DNA from: Macrostomum lignano
Lineage: Eukaryota
Length of the DNA: 64,000 nucleotides
Assembly: GCA_002269645.1 (NCBI GenBank)
Contig: NIVC01001671.1
Coordinates: 124,001-188,000 of the forward strand
Reading direction: 5' to 3'
The stretch's first letter is position 1, and each line of letters begins with the position of its first letter. Below, one piece after another: positions 24,931 to 35,804 of the stretch. Below the pieces are notes generated by a model that saw nothing but the letters and a program-made list of their open reading frames with translations, did no database searches and had not been told where the DNA came from. The position numbers were made by a program, and so were the translations under genes.

Positions 24931-25282
24931 ATGGACGAAGAAGAGTCCCTGAGTATCTGGCTGTCCGGCTTGATGTACAAAGCCGGCTTCAGTTCTGCTA
25001 ATGCACGAATTCAATCGGCAATGGCCAGCGGTATGGAGGACGTGCTCAGCTTCCTGTTGAAATCCGACAGTCTGCGCGTGTTTGGCAGCTACGCTGACGG
25101 ATGGGGCAGCTGTCTGGATAAGCTGGACGGCAGCATTGAGCCATCAAGCGATATTGACGTCACAGTTATGTCCGGTCGGCAGCCGATACATCCTGTAGTT
25201 GATGCGCAACTCGAAGCGAATTGTCAGGCCGAGCACATGCTGGCTGAGTATAAAGACGGTCACGTGTTCTTCCGAAGTGGAT
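24931..25282 (+). CDS. cGAS-like receptor / Mab-21 nucleotidyltransferase, exon 1
   Basis: ATG at 24931; VFGSYADG...SSDIDVTVM is the NTase GS...DxD signature; donor T|GTAAGT, phase 1. Confidence 0.85.
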
Positions 25283-25638
25283 GTAAGTGGATTATCGTTA
25301 AAAGTTGGAGAAGCTAGGCGGTAGTAGATCCAGAGATTTTTTATTGGGTATTGTTAATTACAAGGCCAGCACCAAGGGGCTTTAGCACTAGGGGCTTTAG
25401 CACCAAGGGGCTTTAGCACCAGAGGCTTTAGCACAAGGGGCGCCAGCGTAAGGGGCTTTAGCACCAGGGGTGCCAGCATAAGGGACTTTAGCACTCGCAC
25501 TCATAATATAGGACCTTTAGAGGCCATGCAGCGTGTTTGAAAGCCTTTCTGTCACGTAGGCATTAAATGAAAACAGAAAAAATAAACCTGTTAAAGCAAT
25601 AAAGCTAAAAAAGGATGCTCTCTTACAAAAATTTGCAG

Positions 25639-26879
25639 TTAAGCCGAACTTCAGCATTGAGAAGTCCAAGCTGGGCATGGTTGATGCTTTCGACATTATC
25701 GTAGCTCTGGACTGCTGCTCCTATCCTTCAATTGAGCTGCTGCAGGACGGCTACAGGACTCGCACAGGGCGAGCATCATGCATGCCAGAGCGGATCATTG
25801 AGCTGCTCCGAGCGGAGGTCTTCGGCGACTCACCCAAGTGCCACGCGGTAGCCGCGTCACCACCGAATCTCCCTGCAGGCAGTTGCATGCGGGTCAGCAC
25901 GACGCTGCTCGAGAGATCCGTGATGCAAAACCTCACGGACATTCAGGGCCAGTTTTTCATCATCGTCAAGTTTCTTATCAAGCGAGTGCTGAGCGATATC
26001 GGGTTGAAAACGTACATTGCCAAGAACCTGCTGTTCTACATGCTTGACGAAACTCCGGTGGAAAAATGGCAAACGGGCAGCCACCTAATCGAGCTTGTGC
26101 GTACCTCGCTGGAAATTCTCGTAGAAATGATGGAGAGCACAGACTCCGAAGACGCGTGCATGAAGCATTTCTTTCTCAGAGACGCAAACGTGTACTTCAA
26201 GAAGGATCACAAGAAAAAGGCTGAGATCGTCGCTTCCGTGAAGCAAACTCTAGTAAAAATTCACGAGGAAATCGGCAAGTTTGCGGACAGTCTAACAGAA
26301 CTCCCAGTCGGAGGGATGCAGTTTCACGCCTTATTCTCCTTGCATCTGCTTGCCGAAGTCCATATTGCTGCCGCCACTGGGACCGAGCGGGATGCCATCA
26401 TCAGCGCTTTCGGAGAAGTTCGAGACGCCCACGTGGCCGTGTCTAAAGTTCCAACAGAAGATTCGTTAGATAGCCACTTGAAGAAACTGTTAAAGCAAAT
26501 TTCCGAACTTCCGGATTGCGTCAGAGTCAGCAAAGATTGGCTTAAAGCGCTTGCATATCTCAGGGTTGGTAAATCGTTGGATGCTGCCGCAGAGGCATTC
26601 CAGTTCTCAATAAGCAAGGGGATGCGATGTCCCGCAGAGGGACCGGAGGTTCAGTTTGATGGAGCAAAATCAGCGATCCTGGGAATGTTGCAAGAGCCAA
26701 ACCCGTTGAGGCTGCAGCTTCGTGATGGCAAAATCGTGGCCTGCACCCTTGAGAATGAGCTGACGCCTCTGGCCAAACTGATTGCAGCGATGCGCGATGG
26801 AACAGTGCCCAGTGTTGCAAATGTGTTCACCGAAATGCTTCAAAGCACTCCTTTGCTGCCAATGCTGATCAACTATCGA
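25639..26879 (+). CDS. cGAS-like/Mab-21 protein, exon 2
   Basis: CAG|TT AAG is in phase. Contains the third acidic residue in AFDIIVAL and the Mab-21 helical lobe CMRVSTTLLERSVM...QFFIIVKFLIK...LKTYIAKNLLFY...P..KW...KHFFL.DANVY; donor CGA|GTGAGT. Confidence 0.85.
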
Positions 26880-26906
26880 GTGAGTGATTTGCAACTTGTT
26901 TTTATA

Positions 26907-26940
<34 letters not shown>

Positions 26941-26962
26941 TAACAACTTACACCTGCCCCAG

Positions 26963-27025
26963 TTGGGCCAGATGTGCAACCCACTGCGCTATTGCGCTGC
27001 GCATCTGAAGGCTGCGTACGACTGA
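26963..27025 (+). CDS. cGAS-like/Mab-21 protein, exon 3 (to stop)
   Basis: CCCCAG|TTG GGC CAG...TAC GAC TGA (LGQMCNPLRYCAAHLKAAYD*), phase 0, following an (AAT)n intron. The joined CDS is about 551 aa. Confidence 0.6.
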   Translation: MGQMCNPLRYCAAHLKAAYD

Positions 27026-27059
27026 CTGTTCAGTCCAAGGACTGGGCGGTCGCCACACA

Positions 27060-27200
27060 CCCTCAATATTACCCCAGCTAATGCTGGCACCAATTTTACA
27101 GCTGGGTGAAGTGAAGCAATGCAGATTTATGTCAAGGACACAAATTGTTCCGAGTGGGTAAAGAATTGAACCCGAATCGACTCCGACGCTGTAACCACTT
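27060..27200 (-). mobile_element. Fragment of a second tRNA-derived SINE family
   Basis: Minus strand: A-box-like GTGGTTACAGCG, B-box-like GGGTTCAATTC, then CACCCAGCTGTAAAATTGGTGCC, which resembles the conserved central domain of invertebrate SINEs. Confidence 0.5.
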
Positions 27201-27610
27201 GTAGAGAAAATAAGACTAAGCCTAAAAACTAGAGATTGGGCGCCATGTAGAGAAAAACTAGAGAGTAACTTGGAGTTAAATTGAATAAGTTAATTGAGTT
27301 AATTGAAAATTTGGGCGCAGGGCCCAAACCGATATATTTATAGAACATTTAACTTTGGGGGGGGGCGGGGTTGAGTCCAGAATAATAAGGAGAGGGGGTT
27401 GGACTGCGCGACTGAAGAGAGAGGCGAGAATGGAGAGCCAATCAGAAGGCAGCAAGGGAAAGAGAGATAAGAATAACAAGATTGAGCTAGACAGAGAGAG
27501 AGAAAACAGAGTAAACAGAGACAAGTGAAGGTGAACTAAGAAATGACTTAGGAAAGTCGCGACACCACTATAGGCTACAAAAATGGCAGTATTACATTTA
27601 TTAGACGCAG

Positions 27611-27922
27611 GGGGTTGTGTGCACCCTGGCGCACTTTAAGCGACATAGGCACACAACCGGCGAGAGGCATTACTGCCCATTCCGCCGACTCCCCTGAGCA
27701 GGCATACAAGCGCGCGGATACGTACGCAGGCACACACTCACACAGGAGTGTACAGCGGCCCTAACTTTATATTATCGTTAGGCATGTACACTTCACTGTG
27801 CCTTGGGGGGTTGGCCCTCAAGGCCGTTAATTGCACGAGCAGAGCCAAGCCGAGATTCCAATTCAGCCCCAAATTAATGCGACTGCAATTGGAATCGAGC
27901 CTGGGTCGCTGGCACACCCCCT
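27611..27922 (-). mobile_element. SINE-like repeat, copy B
   Basis: Reverse-complement match to 3089-3367, including GGCTCGATTCC. Confidence 0.75.
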
Positions 27923-28326
27923 GGCAGTATTACATTAGTTTTAACAAAATACACCGGAAAAAAACATGACACGAGCTCGATTCTGTTGCTCTGTCTGAAC
28001 TTCTATAGCACAGCTTAGAAATATTTGTTTAAAAACAACGCAGAATAAAATTTTGACTCGTAGGCCTTTTACCTATAGTACACTTTCCTTGCTTAACTAG
28101 CTACATCACTATAGCTAGGAATTTAAATTTCTTGAATTGCAGAAAGTTGAGCAGCCACGCGCGTTGTCTGAATTGCGCAACTTTACTCGACATCTTCGCA
28201 CCATAGTGACCAGCTTTTCACCAGCCTCGCTGATCGAAGACGATATTGACTGAGTTGATGGTTGTTAATGTCAAATGCGTCCTTTACTTTCACTATAGCT
28301 ATAGTTTCCATAAATATTTATTTTAG

Positions 28327-28935
28327 CGGGGGCGTTGCCACCGGGGGGGACAGGGGGACATGCCAATGCTTTGTTCCCCCACCCCACCTTTGTTGACCTG
28401 TTATGGAAATCAAAAATTTTGCTTCAGGGCGACAAAACATAGCGCCTGCAAACGAAAACACTGTCTGTGGCGCTAAAATGAGTGTCTGCGGCGCCAAAAT
28501 GAGTGTCTGCGGCGCTAAAATGAGTGCCTGCGGCGCTAAAATGAGTGTCTGCGGCGCTAAAATGGGTGCCAGCGGCGCCAATATGAGTGCCTGCAGAGCT
28601 AAAATAAGTGCCAGAGGTGCTAAAATGAGTGCCTGCGGCGCTAAAAGGTATACCTGCGGCGCCAAAATGAGTGCCTGCGGCGCCAAAATGAGTGCCTGCG
28701 GCGCAAAAATGAATGCCTGCGGCGCCAAAATGAGTGCCTGCGGCGCTAAAATGAGTGCCTGCAGCGCTAAAATGACTGCCTGCGGCGCTAAAATGAGTGC
28801 CAGAGGTGCTAAAATGAGTGCCTGTGGCGCCGATTCTGAAAATAATGTACATGTATAAATTTAGTCATGTACATGTAGATGTACAATTCTTGGCTTTGTC
28901 CCCCCCCCACCATAAAATCCACGGCAATGCCTCTG
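28327..28935. mobile_element. MITE-like element carrying an internal 21-nt tandem repeat (GGCGCTAAAATGAGTGCCTGC)
   Basis: Imperfect TIRs CGGGGGCGTTGCC / GGCAATGCCTCTG with G- and C-rich subterminal blocks; no clean TSD. Confidence 0.55.
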
Positions 28936-29548
28936 ATTGTTAAAATACTCCAGACATCCCGAAAAAGCTTCTTTATCGTAAAATACAGACAATTAAAACT
29001 TCTATCTTTAATTATTTAACTCCGATAATTAAGATAATATCTTCAAATACTCGTACAGCTATATAGCTAATGACCGCGTTGCATGATTAATAATCTTTAA
29101 CGGACGTTCGCGCAACACTAACACTATTAACTACAATTTTATGAAAGATATTTTCTGCTCTGTTGCCTTATTCTAAATATACCTGGTAAAATATTTAAAG
29201 GTTACCAGAATTAAAACTTGCATTTGACAGACGTACGGCAGCTTTCTAAATAACAAACAGTTCTCGCGCAATCAAAAACTGAGGTGACAATTGGGAAAGA
29301 TGACGATGATGAGTCATTGAAAATTTAAAACATTCTGAGGTCTGGGCTCAAAACTCAGTTATATTTTTTGCTGGTGGAAAAATCAGAAAATAAGCGGCTC
29401 AGAAATAAAAAGGATGTTATTTGGTATTTTCTATACGCGGCTATTAAAGCGAAACATTGGCGTCAAAGCAATATCGATGACGCCAGAGGACTAACCGTTG
29501 GTATTTTAGCTATATTTGAAAGACGCAGACTCAGAGGTAATGCATCGA

Positions 29549-30078
29549 TTAGTTGGAGCCAATCTTGAGCTGCCGGCAGGCGTCTGATATGCTCTGCTTC
29601 ACTTCCTCTTCCGACACTTTTTTTAAGCGACCGACCAGCTCGATTTGACCGCCGCTGCTCTGACTCTGTTGGCAGCTTCCGGTCAGCCTGGTGACCAGGG
29701 TCTTGACTTTGCCAACAGACCGCATCACCAGCGCCTCCAGCAGCATGTCGGCGCCTCGTTCAGCCAAGTCGAATGCCGATCGTACAAAAACCTGATCGTA
29801 GACCGACACCTGCAGACGGAAGTCCATCACTTCGTCCGCAGCCGGGCCGACGCTTGTGACGAAGACGTTATCGACCCCGATTTCGCCCATCAGTTTGATG
29901 TTGCACTCGAGCAGGCGATACCGGATGAGCACTTTTGTACCCATCGATGCGCCGCTCATAAAAATATTTGGGGTGAGCGGCCCCGACATGATGACGGTGG
30001 CGTCGGCGGCGGCGCTCGCTTTTACCGAATCCCGTTGTTGTCAGTCGAGTCCAGACACAGATAGACGGCTAGGCGCAT
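29549..30078 (-). CDS. Intronless uncharacterised protein (~176 aa if a single-base shift at the C3 run, 30031-30033, is repaired)
   Basis: GC-rich, non-repetitive ORF in AT-rich surroundings. Upstream MRLAVYLCLDSTDNNG joins DSVKASAAADATVIMSGPL if one G is added to GGG. No family recognised. Confidence 0.55.
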
Positions 30079-33000
30079 CAAGCGCCCAGATTTGAAGCTT
30101 GCAACTTAAATTCCATCATTTGATTATTAAGTGCACTTCTGGCTATTGTCGAAATTGATTTCGCTTATTGCACTGGGCAAATATCCGCCTATACTAAAGA
30201 AAGTGAGCATTGCCCATAGACATTAACCCGGTGTAAAATTTTATGACAATAATCTGCGGATTTATGCGACTTAAGCGCTCGCGTCTGCTTCATGCTGCAT
30301 TATTTTTAGATAATTTGGTAAGTCTAGCGCGCTCAACGGGTCGGCCCGATCGGGTTCTTCAAACTCCACTCCTCCGGCCCCCTGGGTTGATAGTGAACAG
30401 TTTTAGTTTGTGCTGTGTCTGAGGGGCCAAGCTGGTCCTTCAAACTAAAACTAACGGCTCTTGTGTGTGTTTTATAGCTAAACACCAAAGGCGTGTAGCC
30501 GCGCCATCAGCCACAAGCGGCTGCATGCGTAAAACGTACATCCGGGAAACTTTCTCTAATGAGACGGGACTCCCCAGCCTGCTACGGGAGACGAATTTGC
30601 ATCCAATGCTTAGGATCTTAGTCCTGGTCGATCTAAAAGGTATCAGCGAATTAGAATGTGATATTCACGCAGCGTTTTGCAAGAGCACGTCCGAAACCAG
30701 AGTCCAGAGCCCACACGTCGGCCAGGGCATATAAGTCTACGACTGGGTGAGAGAGCGGATCAGGAAAAATGAGCTGCCTAGCCTTATACAAGTAGAGCCT
30801 GGAATTTCACGTTCTATGCGCGTGACTCGTGATGCACAGCTGGGACGACCTTGAACTGCCCTTGACCAGCGTCGCTATAAGCAACCGAGCGACGTAGTAC
30901 ATGTAGTCATGCAATCTGCCTACTAGCCGTCACCTAGCCTGCCTAAGCCCGGCTACTAAAATCGGGTGGATGCCTGGCTTAGTAGGTGGGGGAAATGGGG
31001 GACATCACGTACATTATACATGTAACTTGGGAGAATGGCTTGCAGGCTACATGTAGGTGTGGAGTTCACTGTGGAGGTGTGGCGTGATCCAGTGCAGTGG
31101 ATGTTCATGCAGTGATTTCGAACAAAATCCGCAAAAAGAGCGGATCATGCAGTTGAGGTGAAGAAAAAGATTTGGGTGGGCGCATGAAGGCCCATGAGTC
31201 AAACAATGAGTCATTATCTGATGAGTCATCGGGGAAATTAAAGTGGCCTGGACAGGATATATAGGATCGTCTTTGAGGAAGTAACATATAAAAACTTAAG
31301 AGTGGGGGTCGGAGGGAGTTAACCGTGCTGCTGTATTGGAGAAGCGTGAGACGGTGAAGCAGAGAGACTCAAAGCGGATGGCCATCTTGCCAGCAAACTA
31401 CATGTAGCTGCATGGAGACATATGCTGGGGAACGGATAGCCCGTAAAATGAACAGGACAAGCGGAAAGCTCAGTAGCCGAATCGCGATCGAAGCGAAATC
31501 ACCCAAAACACACACGGGCTCCAAATGGTCTCTCATAGCGCTGATGATAGGCTAACTCGAACCTCAGAGACCACATGCTTCACTACCCGAGCCGCTTGGT
31601 GAATCTAGAAGTGCACAGAGTACACCTCTAGCGCCGATTTTGCACTAAGGGATCACCCGATGATCAAGCAAATCTAGGTATAGCCTCTCACCCAACCAAT
31701 CAGAAACTCAACAGCCGGAGACCAGGTAATCCACAGTGACCGAATCGGCTTAGTGCTTCGCAGCTATAGGCCCGGGATTGAAACGAAAAATTATATGAGT
31801 TTTTCCCATATTATCGTTTCCTTCTGCCAACAGTTCAGGAAGACAACGAACAATGGACCTGAATGGTAACTTTCTCTGTGTGATCTCTAGAGTCACATTC
31901 TCAAACTTCAGGCGAGGATCTTTCCTCTTCAATCAGTATATTTTTATAAGCTAGCACACTGTACGCGAGCAACGAGGAATAGGAGCAGTAGGGAGAGAGA
32001 GTGGGATTTCGAGGCCCAATAGGCAGTGTCGGTCAGAGGTTGTGCATGCATCACGCGAGGGTCGCATGGCTGGGCTTCTTGCTCGCCGATCATCAGGACT
32101 ATTTTTAGGCATGCAGATCTTGTGCATCTGGGGAGTTGCTGCCAAGGCTGGATGCTTGTTCACGCATCACGCGCGTGTCGGCTGATTTCTCCCATCCTCT
32201 TGCTAACGGCGCCTTCGTTTCACTTCAGGATGATGCTGTCACAAACTTCGCAACTCAGCTAGCAGGTGATGATCTTATTCTTGATGATCGTTGCTGTTGT
32301 CCGGGGGAATTTGTCTTTGATGATGATGGGGGAGGTCGCGATCTGGGGATCAAGAGACGCCGGTCGAGCTCCGGTAACCAGAAGTTGTGTACTACATGGG
32401 TCCGGGCAAGTGTTTGGCCAGGTGACACGCGACCGACCAAGTTGAAGTCCGAGCGGGCCAAAAACGCCGGTTTTTATAGCCGCCAACTTGACCGCAATTT
32501 GTTATATGGAACACCTCGACGCTGATTGGCTGAGCCGAATTGTTATACCTAACGTCGAATTTTCTGATTGGCTGAGCTTGTTGCTACCCAAACTCACGCG
32601 ACCATAAGATCCTCAGTTCCCTCGGGGCCATAAAATACGCCAGGTGTTGTCATAAATCACTCAAAATCGCTACATAATGATTTATGACCTTTCGCGTAGG
32701 AATTACGAAAATCAATGAAAAAACATTCGTTTAGAGAGATCATAAGTAGAAAGTGAAGACGGTGAAGAGAAATCACTAATCGCTAATGTCAAAGTACTTT
32801 TAGGGGTAAAACGCATACTCGTAGCTGTCAAAGCTGTCAAACGCTTGAGTGAACACGAACAATAGGCCCTGACCTCATAAATCTGATGGCCTGTCAAAAA
32901 TGATGAGAAAAAGCTACCGCCCGCCATCCTCTCAGACATCTGGCGCCAGCCTCTGCAGCATTGAGTGAAGCGCAAATGCTGTCAGACCAGCTCAAAAGCA

Positions 33001-33499
33001 ATGATTTATGACCCCAAAAGTAGCAAAAACTGCACCTATGTTATTATAACTACAAGTATGGCAAAATCATATAAGCTACAGAGATCCTACTATAGTACGA
33101 ATTCTAGAAAAAATTAAAAAGTGGGAAATGCCGCTACTCTAGTACTCTAGTTGTCCATGAGCCTGCTGTTAATAGGCTAGCAAGTTTGAAGCCCATGTGC
33201 GAGCGTGAAATTTGGAAAAAAAGTGTGTCCTCATCCCATACTCGATGTAACTGACTTATAATTCTCGAACATTCCGGTTAAAGAATACAATAAAAAAACA
33301 AAAGCCGAAAAAGGCGTTTTTAGCCAGATCTATTTTACAGATATTAACTTTCTTACCCCTAAAGAGGATTCAGATTCAAGTAAATTTTTAATATTAATGC
33401 TGCTATTCAAGCAAAATATAACTTATAAAAATAAGCTATGGTGTTGAAACAGTTATACTGCTTATTTTCTTAGATTTCATTTAAACTTTCCTATGGTAA

Positions 33500-34215
33500 T
33501 GTGGTAGGCGAGGCCTCCCACTACCTCCCACTGAATGTAATTAACCTTATTTTCCACGGTGTGGAGGATTTTACTCAGTGGATTCCGAACTTTGACGTCA
33601 CTTTCCCTGCGCGGAAAGCGTTTTACGCAAATGTAATTTTACTTCCCACCCCCTGGCTAATTTTGTTTTACTGCGTTTTCCATAGGGTCCACCCGTTGTT
33701 TAGTCGTCACCACCCGGTGTACCCTCCCCTCTCCCCACCGTGTGTCTCTTTGGTCCCACCCGGGGTAACCCGCTTCCGCCCGGTGGTTCCTAAGAACCTA
33801 ATTTAAGAGTCTGCGCCCCGCCTTTCCAGCCAGACTCTCGTGTCCTTTGCCCGAACTCCAAGGAATCCCGCCGACCCGACTCAGACCACTACGAGAGGCC
33901 CTATCTTGTAAGCCCAGTATCCCGACCCGACCAGCTCCTCGTCCACCAATCTAAGTCTAATATTAAGCGAATTGTTTTGTTATACTTAATCCTGCTACTT
34001 CACTTAGTGCCGCATAATAATAATAATTACCCAGTTTTCGGCCAAATATTTATACCGGCCCATTAGTTCTGTGTGTGAAACGGTGTCTTAGCTTCGTGAC
34101 CTCAAGCACTTTATTTTGACCCTTAGAGGTCTATCGAGAAGCGCTAGAGCAAACTCGAGCTAGTTTCCAGCTTTAGAGCTTTTCCCGCGTAAAATCTCGG
34201 TGGTGGCAGCGACCT
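33500..34215 (+). mobile_element. Probable LTR (with PBS-like motif) of an element related to the Gypsy at 37-42 kb
   Basis: Starts TGTGGTAGG..GGCC.CCCACTAC, similar to the TGTGGCAG..GGGCTACCACTAAC terminus of the 37-42 kb LTRs. TGGTGGCAGCG at 34201 is a tRNA-Leu-type PBS motif. No partner LTR was found. Confidence 0.35.
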
Positions 34216-35137
34216 ACTACTATTAGTAACACTCTCGTGAAATTTTAGTTTTTTTTTAAGTGCCCCTCATCGGCTACAAATCTCTGCATTCAGCCTTCTG
34301 AACGTCGGCATACTAGACCGCTCAGCCGCGACCACAGCTACCCTCCCCCTGAGCCTGAGGAACTCAGCAGCGGAGCTCCCCGTCATCTACAAGCCGAAAT
34401 CTTCGTTAAGTTTGTTTGAAACGACAAAGCGCACCGATTCGAACGGACGAGAACGAACGAATTTCAAGAAGCCCAGCAGCTGAGAATAGTTTTCAAACCC
34501 CCCCCCCCGACCTCAGTTACAACGTGCTGGCCAGACTACTGCGTGCACACGCACGCGCCGTTACTTTTCTCAAGTTAATAGATAATTTTCTTCGGCCTAT
34601 ATTTGACAAAATCTGAGAAGAAAATGACAATGTAACAAAAAGACTAAAGCAGTTTTTTATAAATGTATGTTCTATGAGTGGCTGGCTAGGCCCTAGTCTT
34701 CTTAGGTACGCCTACTATTCTACTAAATCTTCTTTAACTAAATGTTTGAGATCTGACCAGGAGACCAGTATTTGTATTTCAGTCTTTGAATTTGGTTTGG
34801 TTTACTAAGGGCCTTCAGAGTAAGTAGGCCTAGGCCTCAAAGGTGTAAGGAAGACTGCCAAATTTTCAAAGCAATTAGGCCTAACCTAAGCCTATGGAGT
34901 ATGGCCCCATCTCAGATGTAATTAAATAATTAGGGCCTAGGCCTAGCTAGGCATATTTATTTTGTAAATGCTAGTCAGCCACCAAAGTCACTTAAAGTTC
35001 TTGAGCCAATGATTTGCAATTTTGATAAATCTTTAATTGGCCTATAATACTAATACTAATACTAATAGGCCTATAGACATTGCTAATACATTAGTCCTAT
35101 TTTTATTTTTTAACTCAATTAGGGGCCTATCTTAAAA

Positions 35138-35804
35138 GGAAGTGCTTATCCCCACGGTACCGTAGGAATAATTTCTGTCTTATTCCAACGGTACTATGCG
35201 AATAATTTTCTGCTTATCCGCACGGCACACTGAGGAGATAGCTGCCCTATCTTCTATATATGCTGTGGGAATAATTTTCTGCTTATCCGCACGGCACACT
35301 GACGAGATAGCTGCCCTATCTTCTATATATGCCGTGTGGGAAGTTTAGTACATACGATTTGAGTGCAGTATAACAACTTTGTTGAATTATTGTTGAATAA
35401 GTATACAGAAGGGTATCAGTAAAGCAGAATAACACGCATTTACACATGCATATACTAGTCTAGAACTTATTCGAGTTTTTACATCAAGATCAACAGCTTC
35501 TTAGTATCCTCAGTTCAAATTCCCTTTCAATAAGTAAGCTATAAACTATTCATGCACAGCACAGCATATATATGTAGCAGATAGGGCAGCTAGTAAAGCA
35601 GAGGGAATAAAACAGAGGACGTGTAGGGCAGCTATCTCGTCAGTGTGCCGTGCGGATAAGCAGAAAATTATTCGCACGGCATATGTAGAAGATAAGGCAG
35701 CTATCTCCTCAGTGTGCCGTGCGGATAAGCAGAAAATTATTTGCAGGGTACCATTGGGATAAGACAGAAATTATTCCTACGGTACCGTGGGGATAAGCAC
35801 TGCC
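35138..35804. mobile_element. Mutator (MULE)-type non-autonomous element with ~200-bp TIRs and a 9-bp TSD
   Basis: TIR GG(A/C)AGTGCTTATCCCCACGGTACCGTAGGAATAATTTCTG with internal tandem subrepeats; ATCTTAAAA is duplicated at 35129-35137 and 35805-35813. Confidence 0.88.

Noticed and set aside
26880-27008. Poly-Asn C-terminus of the 443-aa ORF
   Set aside because: It is read-through into an (AAT)n intron; the donor at 26880 and acceptor at 26962 give a cleaner model.
30465-32525. Short ORFs with moderate GC content (possible decayed transposon or zinc finger)
   Set aside because: No diagnostic RT, transposase or finger spacing could be confirmed.
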